From NCBI GenBank assembly GCA_964558645.1, contig CAZLEV010000004.1, positions 1 to 53,371 on the forward strand: 53,371 bases of DNA, given 5' to 3'. The notes under the pieces are model-generated. The model was not told where the DNA came from. It did no database searches and was given only the letters and a program-made list of their open reading frames with translations. The DNA is from an uncultured archaeon. Lineage in GTDB: Archaea > Asgardarchaeota > Thorarchaeia > Thorarchaeales > Thorarchaeaceae. Shown here in pieces: positions 41,083-49,975 of the stretch. Within the stretch, counting starts at the first letter, position 1; the number at the start of each line of letters is the position of its first letter. The translations under genes and the position numbers were made by a program.

Positions 41083-42368
41083 GTGATCAGATCCGATTCT
41101 TGGATATGGGCAATTCTTTTGAATGTGTCCGGTATGGTGATATGAGCATCATGTTGCGCGTGGTCATCATATCTACATTGCCCCCGATCCAGACAGGTGA
41201 ATCGCCGTATACTGCGTCCCTCATCCGGGAACTCGAGCAGCACAAGGACATAGAGATTCACGCGATAAGCACCCCAGAGGCGGACGTCCTGGACTCGAAG
41301 AGCAATCGCGTCCATACGCATCTCATCTGGAACCCTCATGACCCATTTTACCCATTCCAGCTCTGCAGACAAATCCGCAACCTAAGACCACACATTGTTC
41401 ATGTCCAGTTCGGGCCCGACAGGGAGGTCTTTGGGGGGCTCTTCGGAGAGCCGATGCTGCTTCTACTCCTGCTTCTCAAGCTATCGGGAATCAGCACAAC
41501 GGTGACACTACATAGTACTTGGATGCCATATCAGGTGAAGGAGAGAGTACAGACCTATGGACTTCTGAGGAGATTTACCTTCTTGGCAAGCTCGATGTTT
41601 AGGCTATATAACAGGCTCCTAGACTCCGGAACGACAACAGTACAGTTGAGCACGGCAGCGATTGGCTCCGCACTCCGAACCCACTATCTGATCAACTACG
41701 ATGTCAATCCGGACGAGATTCTTGAGATTCCACATCCTTGCCAGGCTGTGAGAAGAGTCCCAGATACAGACAATGCCAAGTCTGAGCTAGATCTCGAGGG
41801 CAAGACGGTCATTCTAGTCTTTGGATTCATACGAAGAGGTAAGGGAATCGAAACGGCAATCAAGGCCATGAGGAGAGTCAGGTCAGAAACAAAGGATGCT
41901 CTGCTTCTGATTGCAGGTCGCCCTCTTGATGCAGATGGCAGGAGGTACCTGAAGGAACTCAGAGCACTACGGACAGAACTGCATCTGGAAGACTGCGTTG
42001 AGTTCAGGAGCGAGTATATCGAAGAAGAGCTCGTTCCGCTGTATTTCGCCGCCGCAGCCGTCATCGTTCTACCGTACGGAGAGAGTGTGGGAGCGAGCGG
42101 ACCGGCACACAACTACGCAAGGTACGGAGTACCAATCGTAGCATCTGACGTAGGCCTCCATATGAGGGATACTCTTGGAGGGAATCTCGTCCTCTTCAGA
42201 GGTGGAGACTCGGATGACCTTGCAACAACGCTCATCGGCCTTCTGAGAAACCCCGAGTTAAGAGAACGTATTGGTCGTCGAATAAGCGAATATGCTTCGA
42301 CAGAGACCTGGGAACTTGCAGGAAAGAGGACTCTCCGGAACTACGCACAGACATTATCACTTGAATAA
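41055..42368 (+). CDS. Glycosyltransferase family 4
   Basis: FGFIRRGKGIE, VLPY..SG and PIVASDVG motifs; true start probably near 41142-41151. Confidence 0.88.
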   Translation: MLNQLAPQSCDQIRFLDMGNSFECVRYGDMSIMLRVVIISTLPPIQTGESPYTASLIRELEQHKDIEIHAISTPEADVLDSKSNRVHTHLIWNPHDPFYPFQLCRQIRNLRPHIVHVQFGPDREVFGGLFGEPMLLLLLLLKLSGISTTVTLHSTWMPYQVKERVQTYGLLRRFTFLASSMFRLYNRLLDSGTTTVQLSTAAIGSALRTHYLINYDVNPDEILEIPHPCQAVRRVPDTDNAKSELDLEGKTVILVFGFIRRGKGIETAIKAMRRVRSETKDALLLIAGRPLDADGRRYLKELRALRTELHLEDCVEFRSEYIEEELVPLYFAAAAVIVLPYGESVGASGPAHNYARYGVPIVASDVGLHMRDTLGGNLVLFRGGDSDDLATTLIGLLRNPELRERIGRRISEYASTETWELAGKRTLRNYAQTLSLE

Positions 42369-42399
42369 TTCTCAATGGCATGACCACCATCCAGAGCCA

Positions 42400-43704
42400 T
42401 CAGATAGCGCTGTGCCGAACTCTGGGCAAAGGGACAACCGGCCCTCGAGAGACCTTCTCGCATTCGGAGAGAAACACCTCAGACAAGTCCCACCAGGAGT
42501 ACTTCTTCTCGACGCACTTCCGCGCCTGTCTTCCTAACCGCTTCCTCTTCTCTTCATCCCTGCACAGGTCCACCACCGCATCACAGATTTGATCCACTGC
42601 CCCAGGCTTGACCAATACCCCAGTGGACTCATCAAGGACTTCTGCAGTACCTGCCACGCGAGTTGCAACAACTGCATTGGCTGCGGCCATGTACTCGAAT
42701 AGCTTTAGCGGAGATGCAGCATGGGACACAGGGCTATCGGGAAATATGCAGAGGGCTATGTCGGCCGCAGCAGTGAACATCGGCATATCCTCGAAGGGAT
42801 GAAGCCCTGCGTGGACGAACATGTGCCCCAGATTGTCGCGGATCATCTTCTTCAGAAGACCCGTAGATGGATCCCCGGAGCCAACAAGAAGAATCAGAGA
42901 ACCGCGAAAGTCTTCGTCAAGACGTTTTGCCAAGTCGTAGACCGCTGACACTCCTGCCCATTCCTCGAGATGACCTGTGAAGAGAATGATGCACCGGTCA
43001 CCAAGGCGATACTTCTCATCAATCGCATCCGTTGCCACATCTGGACGAAAGTTGGTGACATCAACACCATTTGGAATGACTACTATCTTCTCGGATGGAA
43101 TGCCATAACCGACAAGCAGACGTTCTAGGAAATGAGTCGCGGCAAAGACACGGTTCGATAGCCGATAGAGAAGGTTCTCTGCGAGCTGCAACAATACGGG
43201 TCCAAGACTTGAGATGCTCTCATCGACCAGACTTGCAGCATACGCCGCCATCCAGTCGGGGCACCCCATCATGATAGGTCTCAGAGACATCCTAGCAGAG
43301 AGGAGTGCCACCACGCCTACGATGGGAGAGGCATGGGCGGACACGACAAGATCGGCCTGATGTTTGAGAATGGCACGAATGCCGCTGAGTGTAAAGAGGG
43401 CAATGGTGATGAGATAGGCAATGGGAGGAAACTTACGCCACATCACCTCAAGATACCTGTTCAGTAGCAGATACTCGCCCGTCACATTCGGATGGATGTC
43501 CGGGGGCGGACCGCTCCAGTTCTCCTTATATGCCCAATCATCTGGCCGCTGACCAACGAGATACCTCAATGGCTGTGTGGCAACAAAGTGCACCTTCACC
43601 CCTCTCTGAGCGACCCGTGTTGCGAGCTCGTAGACGGTCCTATCGGAGCCTAAGAAGGGCGGAAAATGCTCCACGAAGACTGCGATACGTTCCACCTTCG
43701 GCAC
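42400..43704 (-). CDS. Glycosyltransferase family 4
   Basis: VIPNGVD, SPLKLFEYMAA and YSW motifs. Confidence 0.9.
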   Translation of the reverse strand: MPKVERIAVFVEHFPPFLGSDRTVYELATRVAQRGVKVHFVATQPLRYLVGQRPDDWAYKENWSGPPPDIHPNVTGEYLLLNRYLEVMWRKFPPIAYLITIALFTLSGIRAILKHQADLVVSAHASPIVGVVALLSARMSLRPIMMGCPDWMAAYAASLVDESISSLGPVLLQLAENLLYRLSNRVFAATHFLERLLVGYGIPSEKIVVIPNGVDVTNFRPDVATDAIDEKYRLGDRCIILFTGHLEEWAGVSAVYDLAKRLDEDFRGSLILLVGSGDPSTGLLKKMIRDNLGHMFVHAGLHPFEDMPMFTAAADIALCIFPDSPVSHAASPLKLFEYMAAANAVVATRVAGTAEVLDESTGVLVKPGAVDQICDAVVDLCRDEEKRKRLGRQARKCVEKKYSWWDLSEVFLSECEKVSRGPVVPLPRVRHSAI

Positions 43705-43761
43705 TGGGTCGGTCCTCTCCTGAACAGGGTACTAGGGCTACTACCTTCTTCTACATATAGA

Positions 43762-45840
43762 TTATGACTCTCTCAATGCCGTGCCCTGCGGGTCTTCTCG
43801 TGTCAGCTCACGGTCCAGTATGACGTACGACAACAGGGCAAGGGCTACGAGAACGGGAGTTATGGCGAAGTAGAGGGGATCGAACGGCCCACCATACGTG
43901 GTATAGAAGTAGTCAACATAGTATGCAGACCGAACCGCTCTCTGCGGGTGGACAGTAAGGGTGATGTTGTAGATGGCGCCGGCGTCAACTCCCTCGTGCC
44001 ACAACGCCAACGAGTGACGCCACAGCACAGATGTGAGGTTCGTGAAGATACTTGTCTGAGGAATTATCGTTCCATTGATGAAAGTATGGTCCTGGTCGAT
44101 GCCAACATAGCTGAGAGAGAGGTCACTGTGCCTGCCGAAGGTTGGGTCCCATGTTGCCTTGATCCGCGTCACAAACTCGGTGCTCTCATCGAACAGCACA
44201 TAGATGCTCTTAGAGTACTCGATACTGACATTCTCCAGCAGGGTCTCATCATCTACCTCAGTGGTGTCAAACCAGAAACGACCTCGCTCACCCACAGTGT
44301 AGACTCCTGCACGTATCGAGCTTTGCGGAATCCCTGTGTCCGAGGTATTCACATAGACGCTCCAGCCACGAACATCCATCATCTCATCACTCCAGATGCG
44401 TTCCTCCTGATACCCGAGAGATGCAAAGTTATCGTGGGTGTACGACGGATAGATGAGAAGGATGCAGAGCAGGAGGGTCAGGCCCATCTTCTTGTTCTTG
44501 AGGAGGAGCACAAAGGGAACAGCCCAGAGCAAGTACCATCCGTAGAACACATCGCGCGATAGCGATGCGAAGAGCAGGATTGTAGCGGCAACCAGCATGA
44601 AGAGGGACTGCACTGTCACAGAATGCTTGCTCTCCCTCCTCATCTCCTTGTAGCCGAGCCGCACAACTGAGAGGCCTATTCCACCGGCCGTGAGACCCCT
44701 GACTATGCCCACATCTACGGGATACCGCCAGTAGAGCATTCTAGCGGCAGGCAAGAGGGGATAGGTGCCAGCAATCACACCCATGACGATGAGTACGATA
44801 CCCAGAGTGATGGCCACAAGATTGTACGATGTGTCTCTTGCTTCGCGTTCCCCTGAGAGGAGCTCCCTGACAACGATGACTGAACCGACTGCAATACCGA
44901 CCATTGCAAAGACTGTCACTGCAAGGTCTTGAGGGTGGAGGCTGAACAGTGAGCCTAAGAGAGCAAGGAAGGGGTTAAGCGAACCGCCCTGAACTGGACC
45001 GTCCGAGCCCCCGCCGGATCCTAACAGAGGGGGTAGGACAAAGGGAAGGAACGTCAATGCCCCTGTCAGAACCGTCACCACAAGGAAACGGAGCCTCCCA
45101 GTCCATCCTTTGAAGTAGAAGAACATGATTGGAAAGAGAAGTATGGGATAGATCTTCGTGGCCGCAGCCAGGCCGAGAAAGGCACCAGCAGGCACCTCTC
45201 TTCGCGCAAGCATGAACCAGATTGCCAGAAGAAGAAGCAGATTGGTCAGCGGTTCGAAATGTCCGTTCCAACCTGACTCGATGATGGCGATAGGAAGAAG
45301 CGCATAGGCGAGTGCAACAAGAGAGGCTGCTTCCGGGCCATTCAGTCGGTTGGCAATCTTCCAGAGAACCAGAAGCACAGCTGCGTCCATGATGATTGCG
45401 AGAACCCTGAAGCTGTCAACGGTTGGCGCAAACCAAGATATCGCACCGATGAAGTAGGCGAAGACAGGCGGATACGGGAAGTAGAACCCAGTGTACGGCA
45501 GCTCTCCCATCTGCATGAACCGCCCGAAGTTCAGGTACCAGTGAGCATCAAGTGAGATGTGGTCCTGAAAGCCCAGAAACAACAGGCGGATCGAGATGGC
45601 CATGATAGTGCATATTGCCAGGGCGTGGCGGCTGTCGAGAAGAGGTGCATCTGACACCCTCTGCTTGTACAGCACTGCTGCCAGATACAGTGCGTAGACC
45701 GCTATCCAGGCGTATATGATGATGAAGAACGGGTACATCTGGCTGCCCAGACTCCGCAGAGCCACCACCATGAAGGCGTTCAACGCCACAGAAACGACAA
45801 ACAGGACATCCACCTTGAGGGTCGCGGATATCTCTCTCAT
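43762..45840 (-). CDS. GT-C membrane glycosyltransferase (GT87/PIG-M-like)
   Basis: D..WY...G..PY...FPYPP, GHFEP, KIYP and WYLLW motifs; many TM segments. Confidence 0.8.
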   Translation of the reverse strand: MREISATLKVDVLFVVSVALNAFMVVALRSLGSQMYPFFIIIYAWIAVYALYLAAVLYKQRVSDAPLLDSRHALAICTIMAISIRLLFLGFQDHISLDAHWYLNFGRFMQMGELPYTGFYFPYPPVFAYFIGAISWFAPTVDSFRVLAIIMDAAVLLVLWKIANRLNGPEAASLVALAYALLPIAIIESGWNGHFEPLTNLLLLLAIWFMLARREVPAGAFLGLAAATKIYPILLFPIMFFYFKGWTGRLRFLVVTVLTGALTFLPFVLPPLLGSGGGSDGPVQGGSLNPFLALLGSLFSLHPQDLAVTVFAMVGIAVGSVIVVRELLSGEREARDTSYNLVAITLGIVLIVMGVIAGTYPLLPAARMLYWRYPVDVGIVRGLTAGGIGLSVVRLGYKEMRRESKHSVTVQSLFMLVAATILLFASLSRDVFYGWYLLWAVPFVLLLKNKKMGLTLLLCILLIYPSYTHDNFASLGYQEERIWSDEMMDVRGWSVYVNTSDTGIPQSSIRAGVYTVGERGRFWFDTTEVDDETLLENVSIEYSKSIYVLFDESTEFVTRIKATWDPTFGRHSDLSLSYVGIDQDHTFINGTIIPQTSIFTNLTSVLWRHSLALWHEGVDAGAIYNITLTVHPQRAVRSAYYVDYFYTTYGGPFDPLYFAITPVLVALALLSYVILDRELTREDPQGTALRES

Positions 45841-46568
45841 CTATTCTCGGTTCCCCCTCGTGTGAAGATGGCAGCACTTCGCTCGATACCGACACCGAAG
45901 AACAGGCGGGCCACAAGCAGCAGGTATTGCACGATGGTGCCGCTGCCGAGCTTGCTCTCACCGTAGGCCCGGTCCCGAAAGACGATGGGAACCTCAGCGA
46001 CGCGAAGACGGGGATTCCTCGCAACGAGCTCAAGCACAAACTTGTAGTCAGCATAATCGAACCCGCCCACAAGAAGACGTGGCGACCTAACGCAGACGAA
46101 GCCACTCATTGGATCCTTCAAAGGAACTCCAAGAGAGAGCCGCGCAATCATCGTGGCGCCCTTGCTCACTGCCTTGCGACTGCCCGGCCATCCCACAATC
46201 TCTCCGCCGGGAACATATCGCGACCCCACCACAACATCGTAGCCTGCCTTGACTCGTTCGATCATGTCCGGAATGAAGCGCGGGTGATGGGAAAAGTCCG
46301 CATCCATGACGACCGTGATTCCCTCGTCAGCAGCCTCCGCCCCGCATCTCACCGCACTCCCTAGCCCCCGCTCGTGGGTCCTCACAATCAGACCAAGGTT
46401 TGGAAACTCCTCAGTCTTTCTCTGCACCACTTGCTGGGTGCCATCGGAGCTGTTATCATCGACCACAATGATCGCGGTGTCAGAGGGGTCAACGAAAGAG
46501 TAGATAGCGTCAATGAGTCGCCCGATATTCTCTTCTTCGTTAAGTGTGGGTATAATCACGCTCTTCAT
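45837..46568 (-). CDS. Polyprenol/dolichol-phosphate mannose synthase (DPM1-like GT2)
   Basis: PTLNEEENI, VDDNSSDGT, MDADFSHHP, GSRYVPGG, DPMSGF and DRAYGESKL motifs. Confidence 0.9.
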   Translation of the reverse strand: MKSVIIPTLNEEENIGRLIDAIYSFVDPSDTAIIVVDDNSSDGTQQVVQRKTEEFPNLGLIVRTHERGLGSAVRCGAEAADEGITVVMDADFSHHPRFIPDMIERVKAGYDVVVGSRYVPGGEIVGWPGSRKAVSKGATMIARLSLGVPLKDPMSGFVCVRSPRLLVGGFDYADYKFVLELVARNPRLRVAEVPIVFRDRAYGESKLGSGTIVQYLLLVARLFFGVGIERSAAIFTRGGTENR

Positions 46569-46641
46569 CGTTGCTCATCACTCCAGATCTCTTGGCGCTC
46601 CATCGAAGCAATCGGTTCTTCAGGGAGACAGTCCATTCCGA

Positions 46642-47496
46642 TCAGTCTGACTGCAGTTCAGACCTTGCCTTCTCAAGACCCTTAAGGTTGTTCACCGGTA
46701 TCCATGTGCCTGCGGGGATGTTGATTGCGAACAGCCGCTCCTCGCTCGCGATGACCGGGGCAACCACGTTCTCGAAGGAGGACTCCACCTCCAGTGAGAC
46801 CAGGTCCCTGAAATACTCATAGACCTCAGGGTCGAAGACCGTTATCCCTGTATGAGCGGGGATGGCCACAGGGGGATACTTTGTGATATCTCGTACCTTC
46901 CCCTTCTCGATGATCATGCCAGAGTACTGGAAGGGGGTCTCAGGGACCACCACAAATGTGGCAATGCACCCGTTCTTGCGCGCCTTGACCTGTCCCTCAA
47001 GAAACACCTCGCCGTAGGGGCGGTCCATGCCAACAATGACATCGTCAGGATTGTGGATGATGGAGGTCATCGAGTCGTCTATGCTCCCGTTGTTCAGGGC
47101 ATTGAGGATGGCGCCTGCGTTCCCGACCTTCCTTCCATCGGGGTCCTCCGAGTACTGGATTTGCACACCCCATCGCGACCCGTTGCCAAGGTGCTCCTCA
47201 ACCACGTGAGCAAGAAAGCCGGTCAGCACCACGAACTTCTTGATGCCAATCGCTGCATATTCGCGAATGCACTTCTCAATCATGCTCTCCTTGCCGTCAA
47301 GGCTGATCATGACCTTGTTGATCTCATCGCTCTGGGTCTCAGCGCGTATCCGCGTGCCCTTACCCCCTGCGGGCATGACGACCACGGTGTTGGAGATGAG
47401 TTCCTGAACCTCGTTGTCCGAGACCTCGGTCTCAGTATCGGGAGTGTTCACTCGCTCTCGTAGCTCGGCCATGATGCTCTCTAGGGTATCGGTCAT
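46642..47496 (-). CDS. Sugar-phosphate nucleotidyltransferase
   Basis: AGGKGTR, GNGSRWGVQIQYS and GNAGAI motifs. Confidence 0.8.
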   Translation of the reverse strand: MTDTLESIMAELRERVNTPDTETEVSDNEVQELISNTVVVMPAGGKGTRIRAETQSDEINKVMISLDGKESMIEKCIREYAAIGIKKFVVLTGFLAHVVEEHLGNGSRWGVQIQYSEDPDGRKVGNAGAILNALNNGSIDDSMTSIIHNPDDVIVGMDRPYGEVFLEGQVKARKNGCIATFVVVPETPFQYSGMIIEKGKVRDITKYPPVAIPAHTGITVFDPEVYEYFRDLVSLEVESSFENVVAPVIASEERLFAINIPAGTWIPVNNLKGLEKARSELQSD

Positions 47497-47540
47497 GGAA
47501 TATCACGAGAAAGAGGCGGGTGTGTGCTTGAAAAATCTGT

Positions 47541-47774
47541 TTACTGCTTCATGCCAGAGGCCAGTTCAGCCATCTCCTCGAACAGTGCAAGGGTCTTCTT
47601 GGCCTCTTCAGGCTTGAGCTTCTCGATGGCGTAACCTGTGTGGACGATGACGTACTCACCCTCGGTGAGATCAGGGAGAAGACTGACACAGACCTGCTTC
47701 TTCACGCCCCCGAAGTCTACAGAAGCGTAGTCACCATCAATGCTCAGGACAAGACCCGGTACTGCAAGACACAT
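47541..47774 (-). CDS. hypC: Hydrogenase maturation chaperone HypC
   Basis: MCLAVPG...VDFGGV...YVIVHTGYAI signature. Confidence 0.95.
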   Translation of the reverse strand: MCLAVPGLVLSIDGDYASVDFGGVKKQVCVSLLPDLTEGEYVIVHTGYAIEKLKPEEAKKTLALFEEMAELASGMKQ

Positions 47775-48017
47775 AGCTGTTCATCCTTCGGCTCGGTAAC
47801 TTCCCTTTAGAATATTATGACATGGCAACGTCCCGAAAGCGTACCACAATCTTGCTTCTGCATCGACTCTCACTGTCGATACCCCGTGAGAACGTTTATC
47901 AGAAGGTCTGCCGCTTCACAGTCCGGCCATCCACACGGCAACAATCTAGCAATTGAGAGCATGGAGAAGCAAATAAGCTTGGCAATACTCTCACCGTAAC
48001 TCTGGAGAATATCAACC

Positions 48018-48686
48018 GTGAGCTTCATCCGCCATCGTTACAAACGTTGGCTTCTGCATAGGCACAGATTTGTACGTCATTCTGTTCGAGGTCATGAGAT
48101 GATTCTGGACATGGACTCGGGAGCCTCTCTGAACATGTACTATCATGGCGTTTATGAACCTGAAACGACCGCGTTCTTGGCGAGTCATGTTCGGGAGGGG
48201 GATGTCTTCATAGATGTCGGGGCCAACATTGGCTATCACTCTCTGATTGCTGGAGAAAGAGGCGCCAAGATTCATGCCTTTGAGCCTGTATCCTGGGTCG
48301 CTCGGATTCTTGAAGAGAATCTCTCAAGAAACAACATCGAAGCAGAGGTCCATCAGATGGCTGTGAGTAACCAGGATGGAGAGGCAACGTTCTTTGAAAC
48401 AAGAATCTCCACTCGTTCATCACTCTACCCGCAAGGAGGGACGCGAAGCATACGGAAGGTCCCCACTGTTCGGCTCGACTCCATCTTCGACCACATCGAT
48501 ATTCTCAAGGTGGATGTGGAGGGCGCTGAGCACAGGGTGCTCGAGGGCCTGGGTGACTTGATTCATGATTTCAGATGGTTGATTGTCGAGTTCCGGCCGC
48601 AACACGGCTCCACATCACGGATAGTTGAGATGCTTCATGATTGGAATGCTAGAGGGCTCGACCAAAACATGCTCTTCTGGAGATAA
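48018..48686 (+). CDS. FkbM family methyltransferase (copy 1)
   Basis: YEPET, DVGANIGY, AFEP and LKVDVEGAE motifs. Confidence 0.92.
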   Translation: MSFIRHRYKRWLLHRHRFVRHSVRGHEMILDMDSGASLNMYYHGVYEPETTAFLASHVREGDVFIDVGANIGYHSLIAGERGAKIHAFEPVSWVARILEENLSRNNIEAEVHQMAVSNQDGEATFFETRISTRSSLYPQGGTRSIRKVPTVRLDSIFDHIDILKVDVEGAEHRVLEGLGDLIHDFRWLIVEFRPQHGSTSRIVEMLHDWNARGLDQNMLFWR

Positions 48687-48689
48687 ACA

Positions 48690-48774
48690 CACGACAGACA
48701 ATACGCGCACCAGAGCCAACAGATGTGTAGTTTCCGTGGATGCTCAGGATGAGACCCGGTACTGCAAGACATAT
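48690..48774 (-). pseudogene. hypC: Degenerate hypC 5' fragment (start codon is ATA)
   Basis: Translates ICLAVPGLILSIHGNYTSVGSGARIVCR. Confidence 0.7.
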
Positions 48775-49017
48775 AGCTGGTCATCCTTCGGCTCGGTAAC
48801 TTCCCCTTAGAATATTATGACATGGCAACGTCCCGAAAGCGTACCACAATCTTGCTTCTGCATCGACTCTCACTGTCGATACCCCGTGAGAACGTTTATC
48901 AGAAGGTCTGCCGCTTCACAGTCCGGCCATCCACACGGCAACAATCTAGCAATTGAGAGCATGGAGAAGCAAATAAGCTTGGCAATACTCTCACCGTAAC
49001 TCTGGAGAATATCAACC

Positions 49018-49686
49018 GTGAGCTTCATCCGCCATCGTTACAAACGTTGGCTTCTGCATAGGCACAGATTTGTACGTCATTCTGTTCGAGGTCATGAGAT
49101 GATTCTGGACATGGACTCGGGAGCCTCTCTGAACATGTACTATCATGGCGTTTATGAACCTGAAACGACCGCGTTCTTGGCGAGTCATGTTCGGGAGGGG
49201 GATGTCTTCATAGATGTCGGGGCCAACATTGGCTATCACTCTCTGATTGCTGGAGAAAGAGGCGCCAAGATTCATGCCTTTGAGCCTGTATCCTGGGTCG
49301 CTCGGATTCTTGAAGAGAATCTCTCAAGAAACAACATCGAAGCAGAGGTCCATCAGATGGCTGTGAGTAACCAGGATGGAGAGGCAACGTTCTTTGAAAC
49401 AAGAATCTCCACTCGTTCATCACTCTACCCGCAAGGAGGGACGCGAAGCATACGGAAGGTCCCCACTGTTCGGCTCGACTCCATCTTCGACCACATCGAT
49501 ATTCTCAAGGTGGATGTGGAGGGCGCTGAGCAGAAGGTGCTCGAGGGCCTAGGTGAATTGATCCATGACCTCCGATGGTTGATCGTGGAGTTCCGGCCGG
49601 AACACGGCTCCACATCACGGATAGTTGAGATGCTTCATGATTGGAACGCTAGAGGGCTCGACCAAAACATGCTCTTCTGGAGATAA
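49018..49686 (+). CDS. FkbM family methyltransferase (copy 2)
   Basis: Same as copy 1 except five C-terminal substitutions (H>Q, R>K, D>E, F>L, Q>E). Confidence 0.92.
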   Translation: MSFIRHRYKRWLLHRHRFVRHSVRGHEMILDMDSGASLNMYYHGVYEPETTAFLASHVREGDVFIDVGANIGYHSLIAGERGAKIHAFEPVSWVARILEENLSRNNIEAEVHQMAVSNQDGEATFFETRISTRSSLYPQGGTRSIRKVPTVRLDSIFDHIDILKVDVEGAEQKVLEGLGELIHDLRWLIVEFRPEHGSTSRIVEMLHDWNARGLDQNMLFWR

Positions 49687-49689
49687 CCA

Positions 49690-49774
49690 CACGATAAACA
49701 ATACGCCCACCAGAGCCAACAGATGTGTAGTTTCCGTGGATGCTTAGGACAACACCTGGTACCACCAGACACAT
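49690..49774 (-). pseudogene. hypC: Degenerate hypC 5' fragment
   Basis: Translates MCLVVPGVVLSIHGNYTSVGSGGRIVYR. Confidence 0.7.
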
Positions 49775-49789
49775 AGCCGTTCAGGGATG

Positions 49790-49975
49790 AGCTTCGCAGT
49801 TCTGCTTCAGAACCTTGTGACGCAGCAAAACTCGGTAGAATGCAAGGATCTGAGATTAACCATCGCGAGTTGGGGCTCCTTATAAAGGACCATGCAGAAT
49901 GACGACCCCCGCCGCGCTCTGCCGAGAGAAGGTTTATGAGGCCTTTTCTCCCTAAAAGGGGCGAAGAACCTGCGG
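49790..49975 (+). promoter_or_regulatory. CRISPR leader
   Basis: Non-coding region immediately 5' of the first repeat, with TATA-like CTTATAAA (~49879) and GGTTTATGA (~49931). Confidence 0.65.

Larger units (their letters stand above)
47741..49783. repeat. Tandem duplication with 1000-bp period (two units plus a partial third)
   Basis: 47807-48532 appears identical to 48807-49532; the flanks are diverged. Confidence 0.95.

Noticed and set aside
48533-49647. Diversity-generating retroelement (TR/VR) interpretation of the fkbM copies
   Set aside because: Differences are not adenine-specific, many are synonymous, and no reverse transcriptase is present in the window.
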